64,000 bases of DNA from Bacteroidales bacterium (GCA_017965765.1 JAGCPJ010000074.1:2272-66271), one strand, 5' to 3'; numbered from the stretch's first letter, positions 29,334-39,321 are shown. A program made the numbers and translations. The notes: generated by a model from the letters alone, not told the origin.

Positions 29334-31160
29334 GTGAACCGATGGATGCTCATACAACTTTTGTTGCTTGTGCCGTTTTTTGGCATAGGGCAGCCTGCTG
29401 AGAAGGCTTGCTTCTCGGCGCCAGGAGGCTTCTATGAGGATCAATTCACCCTTGAAATCTCCCCGTTTTATCCGCAACACCATATCCGTTTTACGACCAA
29501 CGGCAACCGTCCAACAGCACAGTCCAGGCTTTACACCGGACCGCTGCTGCTGGACGGTTGTCTTTATTCCACTTCCGATAACTACACCATCCAGATCTCT
29601 CCCGACGACCTTGTGTATGTTCCCCAAACAGTGCCGCATGGTATCGTGATTCGGGCCGCCGTGTTCGACGAAAACGAGGAATGTATCAGCGAGGTGACGA
29701 CGCAGAGCTATTTCATCCGCGCTTTGGGATGCGACACCCATGGCCTTCCCGTTATGTCACTCTGTGCTGACTCGCTCGACCTCTTCGACCAGGAGTACGG
29801 AATCTTCGTCCCAGGGGTGCACTTCGACCCCTCGAATCCCAACTGGACGGGGAACTATTATATGACTGGCGAGGCTTGGGAACGCACCATCAATGTCGAG
29901 TTCTATGAACAAAACAACGAAGGCATCAACCAACGTGCTGGCTTGCGTACCCATGGCGGCAACGGACGACGCTTCCCACAAAAATGCATGAAACTTTATG
30001 CCCGCGAAGCGTATGGCAAGAAACGCTTTGAACACCGTTTCTTTGACAACCTCCCCCTGAACAGTTTCAAACACCTGGTACTGAAGCCCTTCGCTGCCTC
30101 TTGGAACGATACAGGGGTGAACGACCATATCAGTAACCAGATCGCTGCCCAGTTGAATGTGGAATCGCTGGCCTCCCGTCCGGTAGTCCTGTATCTCAAT
30201 GGGGAATATTGGGGTATTTATTACATCCATGAACGTCCCGATGAGCGTTATCTCGAAGACCATTTCGACGTCGATATCACCAAGGTAAACCTTCTCTCAG
30301 GCTGGAATCCAAATGTTGACTGTGGCGTTCCCGACCATTTCAACGCTCTGTTTAAATGGCTGGAGACCGTTGACTTATCTGATCCACAAGCTTATGGGAG
30401 CCTCCAACAGGAGATTGATCTGGATAATTTCATCGATTGGCAAATCCTGGAGTTGTTCCTCGAAAACAAGGACTGGCCCTCCAATAACATGCGTTGTTGG
30501 CAACAGGACGATGGCCCGTGGCGCTGGATCTTCTTTGACGGCGATGCCTGCATGGTTAGGAATACTACCCAGGCTTTTGACAATGCCATCTATGTGGGTG
30601 ACGGTGTGTGGCCCTCAAGTACCAAAGCCACGTTGCTTTTCAGGAAACTGCTGGAAAACGACCAGTTCAAAAACGAGTTCAAGTCTCGTTTCTATGTCTT
30701 GCTGAGCAACGTCTTCAGGTATGCCAATACCGGTCCGATGTTTAACGAGATCAGACAACAACTGGAACCTGAAATCCCTCTCCAGTCAGATCGATTTGCC
30801 ATTCCAGAAAGTGTCAGCGATTGGAATGACAATATGCAGAACGTCCACTGGTTTCTGATGAAACGTGGCGAAACCATCTTGCCGCTGCTGGATGACTATG
30901 TTCAAGATACCGCGGAGTACCACTTGCTGGTGTCGTGTCTTTACCCCAATCCTAGCCAGGGAGAAGTAAAGGCAAAGATAACTTCCGATGCGGTGAAAAT
31001 CGAAACCTGTATCTTGTATGACTTGCAAGGCCGTCAGGTGAGTTGCTGGAATGCCTTCCTCGATACGGGAACCAATATCATCGATTTTGACTTGCCCGCT
31101 ACTCCAGGGGTCTATTTCCTTAGGATAGGATCCATCATCAACAAAATTGTGAGACAATGA
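29334..31160 (+). CDS. CotH kinase-family protein with T9SS C-terminal sorting domain
   Basis: 608 aa. CotH-like blocks: GLRTHGGNGRRFPQKCMKLYAREAYGKKRFEHRFF, LNGEYWGIYYIHERPDERYLEDHF, DWPSNNMRCWQ. The C-terminus LYPNPSQGEVKAKI...GVYFLRIGSIINKIVRQ is a T9SS CTD. The start is GTG 29334 or ATG 29346. Confidence 0.7.
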   Translation: MNRWMLIQLLLLVPFFGIGQPAEKACFSAPGGFYEDQFTLEISPFYPQHHIRFTTNGNRPTAQSRLYTGPLLLDGCLYSTSDNYTIQISPDDLVYVPQTVPHGIVIRAAVFDENEECISEVTTQSYFIRALGCDTHGLPVMSLCADSLDLFDQEYGIFVPGVHFDPSNPNWTGNYYMTGEAWERTINVEFYEQNNEGINQRAGLRTHGGNGRRFPQKCMKLYAREAYGKKRFEHRFFDNLPLNSFKHLVLKPFAASWNDTGVNDHISNQIAAQLNVESLASRPVVLYLNGEYWGIYYIHERPDERYLEDHFDVDITKVNLLSGWNPNVDCGVPDHFNALFKWLETVDLSDPQAYGSLQQEIDLDNFIDWQILELFLENKDWPSNNMRCWQQDDGPWRWIFFDGDACMVRNTTQAFDNAIYVGDGVWPSSTKATLLFRKLLENDQFKNEFKSRFYVLLSNVFRYANTGPMFNEIRQQLEPEIPLQSDRFAIPESVSDWNDNMQNVHWFLMKRGETILPLLDDYVQDTAEYHLLVSCLYPNPSQGEVKAKITSDAVKIETCILYDLQGRQVSCWNAFLDTGTNIIDFDLPATPGVYFLRIGSIINKIVRQ

Positions 31161-33094
31161 ACAAACGCAAGAAACACATCATAATACTTTGCGTGTTATC
31201 AGTGGTACTGATAATTGTATTTTACGTTTTCCGTTTTCCGTTTTCCGTTTTCCGCCCGCTGTCCAATTTCGGTCCAGGTCGGACGATTTGCCTCGATATG
31301 GATCTGGACAACGCCGTGCTGGAGGGCATCACCCTTCCTTCGGCCAAGCAAACGGCATCGGGTTCGGGCTTGTTTGAGTTCCGTTTTCTCACTTTATCGA
31401 AGAAATACAACTATTACAAGATCTACTACCAGAACGAAAGCTATAAGTTTCCGGATACCTCGGCCTTGGCGAACGAGAATTTCTACGGCAGTTGGGAAGA
31501 TGTGAGCGTCGGCTTCAAACCCATTGAGCATCGCCGTACCAAAGATGCCTTCCGTATCGTAGGCAATCCCCGCGACGAAAGAAACTATTATGGTGCAGAC
31601 CTTTCAGAGAACAGTTTCAATGCTGCGCATATACAATCGGTCATCAACGACATCCACAACGTGCCTGAATGGTACAACTCCGTGGTGGAGAAAGCCGAAA
31701 AGAACGGTCGCAGCGTCGATGAGCAACTCCAGCAAGACGCCCTTTGGGTCATCAACGACCGTAAGAACCAAGGGGATTGCAACCATCGCTGGAAACGCAA
31801 CCCACGGGTGGGCGAATATAGTTTCATGCTGGTGCTCTGTAACGAGGCGGGGTTGAAGGAAATCCCGGACCCTGTGCAACATATTGGCACAACCGATGAA
31901 AATGGCCAATACGTGAATCCCTACGGCTGGTTCGATACGCATCCATCGAAAAACTATAAAGTCATCAAGTCGAGGCGGCGACTGAAGACCCGTGCTGTTA
32001 TCGCGGTGGACAAAGGCGTATTTTGCGATAACACCGACGACACGCTGTACAAAAACGCCCTCTACGAACAGTTTTTCAGCTCCATCAGCCAGCAATATAC
32101 CCTGCGAAACATCCCCGTCATCCAGGATGTGGTGGGCGACAACCCTTATTCTCGTGCCGATTATGAAGCCAACAAGACGAAGTATGACTCCGCGCAGCTG
32201 CATTGGGATTACCCCGTGGTCTCTTCCACGCCCTGCCAAACGGTGCGCCTCTCTGACGATCGACAGTATATCCGTCTCATCAATCCGGGCAACGACGACC
32301 CTGAGCATCTGAAAAAAGAATCGACGGGCATCCGCACCCGTGTGGGCTTCACCTACGGCAAGTTCCGTGGCAAGATCAAGTTCCCGGTGATGCTCAACGA
32401 TGAAAATGTTTGGAACGGTCTGACCTACGCTTTCTGGTTGATTTACAGCGATAACCATGCTTGGAACAACCGTCGTCACGATGCGGCGGAAGGTGGCTAT
32501 GTGGACAAGAGCGACGACTCGGACAACCCCGTGCGACATCCGGACTACTATTACTCCGAAATTGATATCGAGATCGTGAAGGCTTCGCGTTTTTGGCCGA
32601 AAGACTATTATGGCAGGCGTGCCGACAGCGTCTGCGTCGTACAAGACGAGACCCTGAACGACGATGTGATGTACTGCTGCACCAACTGGGACCTCGCCGT
32701 GCCGTCACCCAAATATTTCTCTTGGGGCATCGACACCATCCCTTACGGCAAGGACCGCAGATTCGAAACCTTGCGTTGGTACAAGCTCTATAAAGCCCTG
32801 ACAGAGCGTTCCCCGATGAGCAATCAAGCCTTCAAGTCGCCTTGGTATTGTTATGAAATTGAATGGCGTCCCACCGAAATCATCTGGCGTCTCGGTCCCG
32901 ATCCTGAGCATTTGAAGGTGATGGGCTATATGAATGACAAGTTCACCAGCATCCCTAACAACCAGATGCGTTGTGTCGTCACCCAGGAATACCACTATTC
33001 CGAGTGGTGGCCCCCCATTGTGTGGGAACAGGGCTTGATTCCCTATAACAAAAGCGACATCGAGGGAAAAGTATATGAGATCGTCGTGGAGTAA
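31157..33094 (+). CDS. GH16-like (concanavalin-fold) glycoside hydrolase family protein, membrane anchored
   Basis: 645 aa. The catalytic-type motif SEIDIEIV matches E-[ILV]-D-[IVAF]-E, and GLTYAFWLIY lies upstream. The ATG overlaps the CotH stop (ATGA). The N-terminal anchor runs into a heptamer arm (VFRFPFSVFR). Confidence 0.6.
   Translation: MNKRKKHIIILCVLSVVLIIVFYVFRFPFSVFRPLSNFGPGRTICLDMDLDNAVLEGITLPSAKQTASGSGLFEFRFLTLSKKYNYYKIYYQNESYKFPDTSALANENFYGSWEDVSVGFKPIEHRRTKDAFRIVGNPRDERNYYGADLSENSFNAAHIQSVINDIHNVPEWYNSVVEKAEKNGRSVDEQLQQDALWVINDRKNQGDCNHRWKRNPRVGEYSFMLVLCNEAGLKEIPDPVQHIGTTDENGQYVNPYGWFDTHPSKNYKVIKSRRRLKTRAVIAVDKGVFCDNTDDTLYKNALYEQFFSSISQQYTLRNIPVIQDVVGDNPYSRADYEANKTKYDSAQLHWDYPVVSSTPCQTVRLSDDRQYIRLINPGNDDPEHLKKESTGIRTRVGFTYGKFRGKIKFPVMLNDENVWNGLTYAFWLIYSDNHAWNNRRHDAAEGGYVDKSDDSDNPVRHPDYYYSEIDIEIVKASRFWPKDYYGRRADSVCVVQDETLNDDVMYCCTNWDLAVPSPKYFSWGIDTIPYGKDRRFETLRWYKLYKALTERSPMSNQAFKSPWYCYEIEWRPTEIIWRLGPDPEHLKVMGYMNDKFTSIPNNQMRCVVTQEYHYSEWWPPIVWEQGLIPYNKSDIEGKVYEIVVE
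31225..31254 (-). repeat. GGARAAC heptamer array, single arm, reverse orientation (4 units), inside CDS
   Basis: cgttttc cgttttc cgttttc cgttttc cg. Confidence 0.9.
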
Positions 33095-33113
33095 GAACCC
33101 ACGAAATCCGTGA

Positions 33114-34463
33114 TTATCTTACAAATCCGTTGGGTTCCATATCCACGCGATAACTGTATTCGGCATTGTCCCAAAGCGATTGCTCCAAAGAAATGCCTTT
33201 TTCCTTGGCTTGACGTTGCACGCTCTCCAGCCATTCGGGTGATTCCTTGATGCGCTGGATGTTCTTCTCGATCTCGGCATTGCGGAACGCAAGGTAGAGG
33301 CTGTCGGCCGCGTCGTATTGTTCCGAGGGTTTGTAACGGAAAACATTGTCGTAGCCGCTCAGATAACGCTCAATGAAACCGTATGGCCAAAGATGGTTGG
33401 TGGCCTCTGTGCAAAGAAGTAGTACAAAATCCTGATTTTCAATTTCTTGCTTGTAATCAACGGCTTCCACGTTTTGGATGGGCGAACGCTCGGGATAGAT
33501 GGTTTTGTTGTAGAACCAGAAGCCGCCATCGGAAAACAAGTGCTGAGGGAGCGCGATATTCCACGCATAGACGGTCCACCAATAAGAGTCGGAAATGGCC
33601 AACACCTTGGGTTTGTAGCCTTCCGTAAAGTGGAACACGGGCTGGTCAATGGTGTTGCGGGGTAACGGCAGCAGCAGGTTCATCATCTTGTATAAGTCGT
33701 CGTCCTGGTTCATCAGGAAAGTGGTGTCGAAGGCATCGATGACGGCATGGGCTTGGACCTGTCCCGTAATGCTTTCCATATAACGCACCAGCGAATCTAC
33801 AGCCAAGGAAGCCGTATAGGCCGTCCAGTGTGCACTCAGATTGCAATAGAACGGGTGGAGCTCGCGGTTTTTAAATGATATGAAGTATTGGTTGAAATCT
33901 ATCATCTCAACGTTTTGTGCTTCAAACGCTTTCAGGTATTCTTTATAATTATTGGTCTCCCGACCGTTTTTATAGTATTTTTCAGGAATCAGTTCGGGAT
34001 AATAGGAGGCCTTGCCTAGGGTGAAGACGGGCAGCAGGGTGATGCCTTTGGTGTGGAGCATCTCCTGGATGAGCTTGAGTTTTCGGGTGTTGTCTTGAAT
34101 GGCCTTGTCGCCGATATAGGTCTCGCCCGTATAGCTGATGATATACGACTCCTCGATAAAGGTAAAGTCGTCCTTGCCTTTCACGGGACCGATGGCAGAG
34201 ACCTTGCCAAAGGCAGAATATAGCAGCTGGTTGTTCAGGCGGATCATGGTGTTCCTAAACCCGGAGTGCTCTGTACACCAGGTCATCAGCGAGTCTTGCA
34301 CGGTCTCTTTCATCAGGGTCTTCAGGGTGATCTTGGGTAGGGGTGTCTCCACAAAAGCACCGTCCAAGGGCTTCTCCTTCACAACATGGAAGATGCCTTG
34401 CAGCATGGGCAGGAAGAGCACCAGCAGCAGCAACAGAAACCATATTTTCTTGAACGTTTTCAT
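33114..34463 (-). CDS. AlgJ/AlgX-like permuted-SGNH O-acyltransferase-family protein (type B)
   Basis: 449 aa with signal anchor MKTFKKIWFLLLLLVLFLP. A His block SAHW is followed ~85 aa later by ISDSYWW. The C-terminal module is PEWLESVQRQAKEKGISLEQSLWDNAEY. The ATG overlaps the upstream MBOAT stop (TGATG). Confidence 0.65.
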   Translation of the reverse strand: MKTFKKIWFLLLLLVLFLPMLQGIFHVVKEKPLDGAFVETPLPKITLKTLMKETVQDSLMTWCTEHSGFRNTMIRLNNQLLYSAFGKVSAIGPVKGKDDFTFIEESYIISYTGETYIGDKAIQDNTRKLKLIQEMLHTKGITLLPVFTLGKASYYPELIPEKYYKNGRETNNYKEYLKAFEAQNVEMIDFNQYFISFKNRELHPFYCNLSAHWTAYTASLAVDSLVRYMESITGQVQAHAVIDAFDTTFLMNQDDDLYKMMNLLLPLPRNTIDQPVFHFTEGYKPKVLAISDSYWWTVYAWNIALPQHLFSDGGFWFYNKTIYPERSPIQNVEAVDYKQEIENQDFVLLLCTEATNHLWPYGFIERYLSGYDNVFRYKPSEQYDAADSLYLAFRNAEIEKNIQRIKESPEWLESVQRQAKEKGISLEQSLWDNAEYSYRVDMEPNGFVR

Positions 34464-35953
34464 CAGAACCTGAAGTATATGAAGGGGTTGAAACTACCTT
34501 TAAGGATGAACGAAGCGGAGAGCAAGAGGAGGACAAGCATCAGCAAGCCGAGGAGAAGGCAACGGGGAGTGGAAAGTTTAAAGTTTAAAGTGGAAAGTTT
34601 ATCTAATTTCGACCGCAGGGTGGCACTGGGAACCAAACCGATGAAGGAGAAGATGGCGGCGATGATCAGGGTGAAGACAAATTGGCTGTTGACAAAAAGG
34701 GCCGGTGTGCTCCCATTGGCGCCAAACATGGCCCCTACGTAATGCACGGCGTAGCCGATGGTGTCGGAGCGGAACAGCACCCAGCCGATCATCACAATCA
34801 CGAACGTGAGGGGAACGGAAAACGGAGAACGGAAAGTGGAAAATTTTCCACTTTCCGTTCTCCGTTTTCCGTTTAATAGCTTATCCAAACAAATGAACAA
34901 CCCATGGTACGCGCCCCAAGCCACGAAAGTCCAGGCTGCGCCGTGCCAGAGACCGGAGAGGAAGAACACAATCCAAAGGTTGAGATAGGTCCTGCGAATC
35001 CCTTTTCTGTTGCCTCCCAAGGGGATATAGAGGTAGTCCATCATCCAGCGACCCAAAGTGATGTGCCAGCGTTTCCAAAACTCGGTGACGCTCCGACTGA
35101 TGTAGGGGTTATTGAAGTTCTCGGGGAACTTGAATCCAATCATCCTTCCAATGCCGATGGCCATGTCGCTGTAACCGGCGAAGTCGAAATAGATCTGGAA
35201 GGTGTAGGCGAGGATCCCCAGCCAGGCCGTGCTGGTGCCGATCTGCTGGGCGGGTAACGCAAACACTTGATCGGCATATTCCGCCAAGATATTGGCTATC
35301 AGCATCTTCTTTGATAAACCCAGGACAAAGCGGTAGAATCCCAAAATCCTGTTGTCCGTGGTCTCGTTGGCACTGCGGTCGGTGATCTGGTCGGCAATCT
35401 CGTTGTAACGCACGATGGGACCTGCAATCAACTGCGGGAAAAGCATGATGTACAACGCATAATCGGCGATGTTGTTCAGGGGTTTCGCCGTCCCACGATA
35501 GACATCGATGCTATAGCTCATCTTCTGGAAGGTGAAGAAGGAGATCCCAATGGGAAGGACAACCTTGGTCCAATGGATGGAATGGGCCCCAAAGACCCCA
35601 AGTAGCGCATTGAAGTTCTCAATGAAGAAGTTAGCGTATTTGAAATAGGCGAGGAGTCCAATATTCAATAGAATGGATAGCACCAAAAACGTTTTCCGTT
35701 CTCCGTTTTCCGTTTTACCTCCCATTCGGTCGGTGAGCCCTTCGGGGTTCCGTTTCCCCACTTCCCTCACCAAGAAGTAGTCGATGAGGATGGAAAGCAG
35801 CAGGATCAACAGGAACCTGGGCGAGCCGAAGCCATAGAACAGCAGGCTGAAGAACAACGCTACCGCGTTTTTGAGGCGGCGTCCTACGAGAAGATAGACC
35901 GCCAGGAACACAGGCAGGAAGTAGAAGAGGAATATGCTGCTGCTGAATACCAT
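34463..35953 (-). CDS. MBOAT-family membrane O-acyltransferase (AlgI/DltB-like), paralog 1
   Basis: Start set at MVFSSSIFLFYFLP, as in the three paralogs (the track extends to 35998). Motifs present are FWKRWHITLG and the catalytic-His block LSGLWHGAAW. It carries three in-frame repeat insertions. Confidence 0.85.
   Translation of the reverse strand: MVFSSSIFLFYFLPVFLAVYLLVGRRLKNAVALFFSLLFYGFGSPRFLLILLLSILIDYFLVREVGKRNPEGLTDRMGGKTENGERKTFLVLSILLNIGLLAYFKYANFFIENFNALLGVFGAHSIHWTKVVLPIGISFFTFQKMSYSIDVYRGTAKPLNNIADYALYIMLFPQLIAGPIVRYNEIADQITDRSANETTDNRILGFYRFVLGLSKKMLIANILAEYADQVFALPAQQIGTSTAWLGILAYTFQIYFDFAGYSDMAIGIGRMIGFKFPENFNNPYISRSVTEFWKRWHITLGRWMMDYLYIPLGGNRKGIRRTYLNLWIVFFLSGLWHGAAWTFVAWGAYHGLFICLDKLLNGKRRTESGKFSTFRSPFSVPLTFVIVMIGWVLFRSDTIGYAVHYVGAMFGANGSTPALFVNSQFVFTLIIAAIFSFIGLVPSATLRSKLDKLSTLNFKLSTPRCLLLGLLMLVLLLLSASFILKGSFNPFIYFRF
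34569..34603 (+). repeat. heptamer array GTGGAAA/GTTTAAA x5 inside CDS
   Basis: gtggaaa gtttaaa gtttaaa gtggaaa gtttatc. It encodes DKLSTLNFKLST in MBOAT-1. Confidence 0.85.
34814..34873. repeat. GGARAAC heptamer element, perfect 30+30 nt palindrome inside CDS
   Basis: aacggaaaacggagaacggaaagtggaaaa|ttttccactttccgttctccgttttccgtt. All 30 positions pair. It is 60 nt (20 codons) and encodes NGKRRTESGKFSTFRSPFSV. Confidence 0.97.
35690..35755 (-). repeat. composite element: reverse heptamer arm + 40-nt module B (truncated form) inside CDS
   Basis: cgttttccgttctccgttttccgtttt-acctcccattcggtcggtgagcccttcggggtt-ccgttt. It encodes KRNPEGLTDRMGGKTENGERKT on the minus strand. Confidence 0.95.
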
Positions 35954-35958
35954 CGGTC

Positions 35959-37974
35959 TTAAGGATTGTCGTGTTGTTGTCTGTTGTTCTTGATCCATTC
36001 CACGTCATGGGCAATCGTCACCAAGAAGGGCTTTTTGTTGCTCAGGGCTTTTTCCTTGATGCTTTTCAGGGACTTCTGGCTGATCCAAAAACCATGTTCA
36101 ATGAGGTAGTTCTCATACAGGGTCTTGAGTCTTTCGGGAGTGCACGACGCTTCGTTTTCCCTGTTTTGATACACCCAGAGTACATCGTCACGGAAGGCTT
36201 TGTCCAGGCTGACTTGCTTGTCGCGGGCTTTCTTCCGCAAGGTCTCAAGCGCGCTTTCGGTACCCATGCGTTGCATGATGTCGCTGAAGATGCAAGCCCG
36301 TTGCATCAGCGTGTCGTTCTCAAAGGCGTTGTGGCTGATGAGGCTGTCGATGATGGCCAGCGCCAAAGGTCTCAGCTCTTTTCGGCTCCCTTGGCTTTCG
36401 GGCCTCCTCCGCAAGCTGTCGAGGGTCATTTCCACCCAATGGTCGATATAGTCGTAAGGGGTGAAGAGCACGTTATTCTGGATGAGGGGTCTGCCGTTGA
36501 TGAGGTTTCCACTCTCGATCTCGAAGACCTTGTCGAGGTTGAGCGAGTCGTGCTTGGCCTTGCATTCCATCAGGAACGACCAGTCCTTGTTGTTCCGGAT
36601 TGCCCGTTCTGCAAGCAGCTGTCTCAGCTTGGGATTGCGACAGGTGGGCACCTCGGTCCCTCGCAACTCCTCGAAGAGTTCAGGGTTGCGTATCAACTTG
36701 ACGTCCGCATAGTTCAGGTAGTTTTTTCGCTCCCATCCGTCCACAGGATGGTAAAGGGCCAGGCTGTCGGCCACCTCTTGTCTTTTCTCTTGAAAGCGCT
36801 CATCGCTGATGCACAGCCCGATCAAGGTCTTGCCAAAGAACTGGAAACCGTCGTTGTACAGCTGTGGTGCGTTCTTGAAATAGATGACATAGTCGTGGCA
36901 CAGCACTTCCCTCAGGTAGTTGATCTGGTTCAGGTCGAGGATGGTCTGTTCTTCGTTGGTGTAGTATTGGGCGTCATAGAAGATGAGATCGCGGCGGCTG
37001 AATACCTTTTCGAAGGGCACCCGCGGGGTCATGTACCAGAAGTAGGAGGTGCCGATGAACAATGCGGAGGGATACACGGTGTTACTGTCGGCCTCGATGG
37101 TGACAGGGATCTCCCATAAAGGCATGTGTTGCTTGGGTATCTTGACGATGTTCAGCAGTTCTGCCAGATCCCGGTCTTTGCTGTTGACATCTTTCTCGGC
37201 CACTTCGTACGGGGTTCCCATGACGATGTCGGCCAGCTGGTCGCCTTTCAAAGTCTCCATGAACCGGAACAGCGAATCGGTTGCCAGCACCGCTCCAGAG
37301 GCCCAGTGACTGCCTTTTTCGTAGAACAGGGTGAAGGGGTAGTCGTGACGGAGGGTCTGGAACCATGGGGTCATGTTGATATGCGGGAAGCCGGCCTTGG
37401 TGAGTTGTTCGTTGTAATACACGTCAGCGTGGAAGGTGGTGTCGATAAACCGTTGGGGTCGCAGGTGTTCGGGATAGATGTAGCTCTTCACGGGCAAGGT
37501 GAAGGTCATCAGCTCCACGCCGTATTCTTTGAGGATCGCCCGGATCTTCACCAGCGACCGGGTCTCGATGGCGAGGTTTTGCTCAAACTCCTCGTTGCTG
37601 AGGTTGTGCCGTTGGTTCATCCTGCCGAAGTACTGCACGGTTCCGTCTTTTTGGTACAACCACCCGTCCTTGCCCACGGTAATCTCGCCGCTGAAGGTCT
37701 TGTGATAAAAGTCATAGACATACTGGTTGTACATGCGGATGACGGGGATCCTGAACCCGAAGTTCTCGCTGATGTAGGTCTCGGTCTGTCGCTGCCACTG
37801 GCCGTTTTTATAGTTTTCGAAGCTGAGCTCGGGTTTTGGAGCTTTGTGATACACACCGCTTAGCCTTTGGAATTTGAACAACTTGAAGTGCTCTTCCATC
37901 ATCGGGAGGAAGAGGAAGAGCATCAGGATGCCGAACAGGATAGGATAGAGCAGCGTGCGTTTCTTCATGGCCAA
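35959..37974 (-). CDS. AlgJ/AlgX-like permuted-SGNH protein, long form with triplicated C-terminal module (type B)
   Basis: 671 aa with signal anchor. The AlgJ-like N-region is ENFGFRIPVIRMYNQYVYDF...VGKDGWLYQKD. The His block is KGSHW. The Ser block is IGTSYFW (GTS rather than GDS). Three C-terminal helical modules are present. Confidence 0.65.
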   Translation of the reverse strand: MAMKKRTLLYPILFGILMLFLFLPMMEEHFKLFKFQRLSGVYHKAPKPELSFENYKNGQWQRQTETYISENFGFRIPVIRMYNQYVYDFYHKTFSGEITVGKDGWLYQKDGTVQYFGRMNQRHNLSNEEFEQNLAIETRSLVKIRAILKEYGVELMTFTLPVKSYIYPEHLRPQRFIDTTFHADVYYNEQLTKAGFPHINMTPWFQTLRHDYPFTLFYEKGSHWASGAVLATDSLFRFMETLKGDQLADIVMGTPYEVAEKDVNSKDRDLAELLNIVKIPKQHMPLWEIPVTIEADSNTVYPSALFIGTSYFWYMTPRVPFEKVFSRRDLIFYDAQYYTNEEQTILDLNQINYLREVLCHDYVIYFKNAPQLYNDGFQFFGKTLIGLCISDERFQEKRQEVADSLALYHPVDGWERKNYLNYADVKLIRNPELFEELRGTEVPTCRNPKLRQLLAERAIRNNKDWSFLMECKAKHDSLNLDKVFEIESGNLINGRPLIQNNVLFTPYDYIDHWVEMTLDSLRRRPESQGSRKELRPLALAIIDSLISHNAFENDTLMQRACIFSDIMQRMGTESALETLRKKARDKQVSLDKAFRDDVLWVYQNRENEASCTPERLKTLYENYLIEHGFWISQKSLKSIKEKALSNKKPFLVTIAHDVEWIKNNRQQHDNP

Positions 37975-39309
37975 TCAGTTGTTTGCTTTCTTTTTTCTTT
38001 CGGTGATTACATACATGGCATTGCGGCGCAGGTTTTCTTCTGTGCTCAAACCTCGTTCCTTGGCCTGGCGTTCAACGGCTTGCATCCATCCAGGATTGTC
38101 TGAGATTTCTTGCATCACCAGTCGAAGTGTTGTCTCTAGGTCGTCAGGATCTCTGGCGTACAGTTCCATGGCGCTTTCGGGGAATCCGTACATGTATTGG
38201 TAAAAACAAGGCGCCGTGAAGACGGCCATGACGATGTCGGCTTCTTTGAGGACCTTGGGTGCTTCAATCAGGTATTTCACCTCTCTGCCGTTGTAGGCTT
38301 GGTTGGAAGAGGCGATGTCGCGGTTGTATTTCCAGTAATCCCACTGGTGGAAGGCCTCGACGAAACAGGAGTTTCGCAGTTGGATGAAATAACTGTCGCC
38401 GATGACGAGCAGGTTGGGATGGTCCTTGCCAACCGTATCGGTCAAAGCGAAAACAGGTCGTGGCAGGGCGGGTTTCTCTATCGGGAAGAGCAGGTTCAAC
38501 TGGCCTTCTAACTCGCCGTCTTGGACGGAGTAGTCGGAGGTGGGGTTGGGGTCAAGGTATTCGATGGACGGCAGCTGGTAGCCTGTCAAGTCCTCCAGTG
38601 TTCGCAACAGGGTGTCGGCGACCATGGGGATGCAGGCCTCGGACCAATGGGTGCCCGTCCGGGTATAGAGCGGGTAGGGGAAGTGGTCCTTGAGGGACTT
38701 GAAGTAGTTGAGGAAGTCGATGTGCGGGATGCCGTTTTCCTTGAAGAGTTGGATATAATATTCTTCCAGCGAGAAGTCGGCGATTTGCCGCTGGTAGGTG
38801 GTGGGCATGAATTCGGGATAGACCGCGGTCTTGGAGGGGGCGAAGACGAAGAGGAACTCGGTGCCGTGCCGATGCAGGGTGTCGATGAGCCGCAAGGTGG
38901 CTTCCACGTTGCTCCGGGCTTCGGCTTTGGCGGCCTCCACATCGGGATAAAACACCAAGAGGCGCTCTCCGGTGATCTCTTCCAGATACATCTTCAGGTA
39001 GAGTTCCTTGTTCTTGCCGCACACCACGTTGTCGTTGGTGATCTTGTTGAAGCAGGTGTAGGCGATCTGGTTATAGTTCCGGATCAGGAATTCCCGAAAT
39101 CCGGTGTTTTCCTTGGCATAGTCGGTGAGATAGTCTTGGAAGGTGCCGTCGTAGTAGGTGCTGAAACGCAGCGGCACGGTGTCGAGTTCATCGGTATAGC
39201 CGTGGAGTGGCTTGGTGTTCACGGCATGGGTGAGACCTTGCAGCAGCACGGCCAGCAGCATCGCAAGGATGCAGGCAAATTGTATCGTGTAGCAGACAGG
39301 TCTTTTCAT
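37975..39309 (-). CDS. AlgJ/AlgX-like permuted-SGNH protein (type A)
   Basis: 444 aa with signal anchor. Blocks DYAKENTGFREFLIRNYNQ, TGTHW and VIGDSYF are present. The C-terminal module is NPGWMQAVERQAKERGLSTEENLRRNAMYV. Confidence 0.65.
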   Translation of the reverse strand: MKRPVCYTIQFACILAMLLAVLLQGLTHAVNTKPLHGYTDELDTVPLRFSTYYDGTFQDYLTDYAKENTGFREFLIRNYNQIAYTCFNKITNDNVVCGKNKELYLKMYLEEITGERLLVFYPDVEAAKAEARSNVEATLRLIDTLHRHGTEFLFVFAPSKTAVYPEFMPTTYQRQIADFSLEEYYIQLFKENGIPHIDFLNYFKSLKDHFPYPLYTRTGTHWSEACIPMVADTLLRTLEDLTGYQLPSIEYLDPNPTSDYSVQDGELEGQLNLLFPIEKPALPRPVFALTDTVGKDHPNLLVIGDSYFIQLRNSCFVEAFHQWDYWKYNRDIASSNQAYNGREVKYLIEAPKVLKEADIVMAVFTAPCFYQYMYGFPESAMELYARDPDDLETTLRLVMQEISDNPGWMQAVERQAKERGLSTEENLRRNAMYVITERKKKANN

Positions 39310-39321
39310 GGTTGTCGTGGG

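Noticed and set aside
34814-34873. Repeats as sequencing adapter or assembly artefacts
   Set aside because: Copies differ from one another, keep every host reading frame open, and sit at homologous positions in diverged paralogs. Artefactual insertions would not do this consistently. Raw reads would still be the definitive check.
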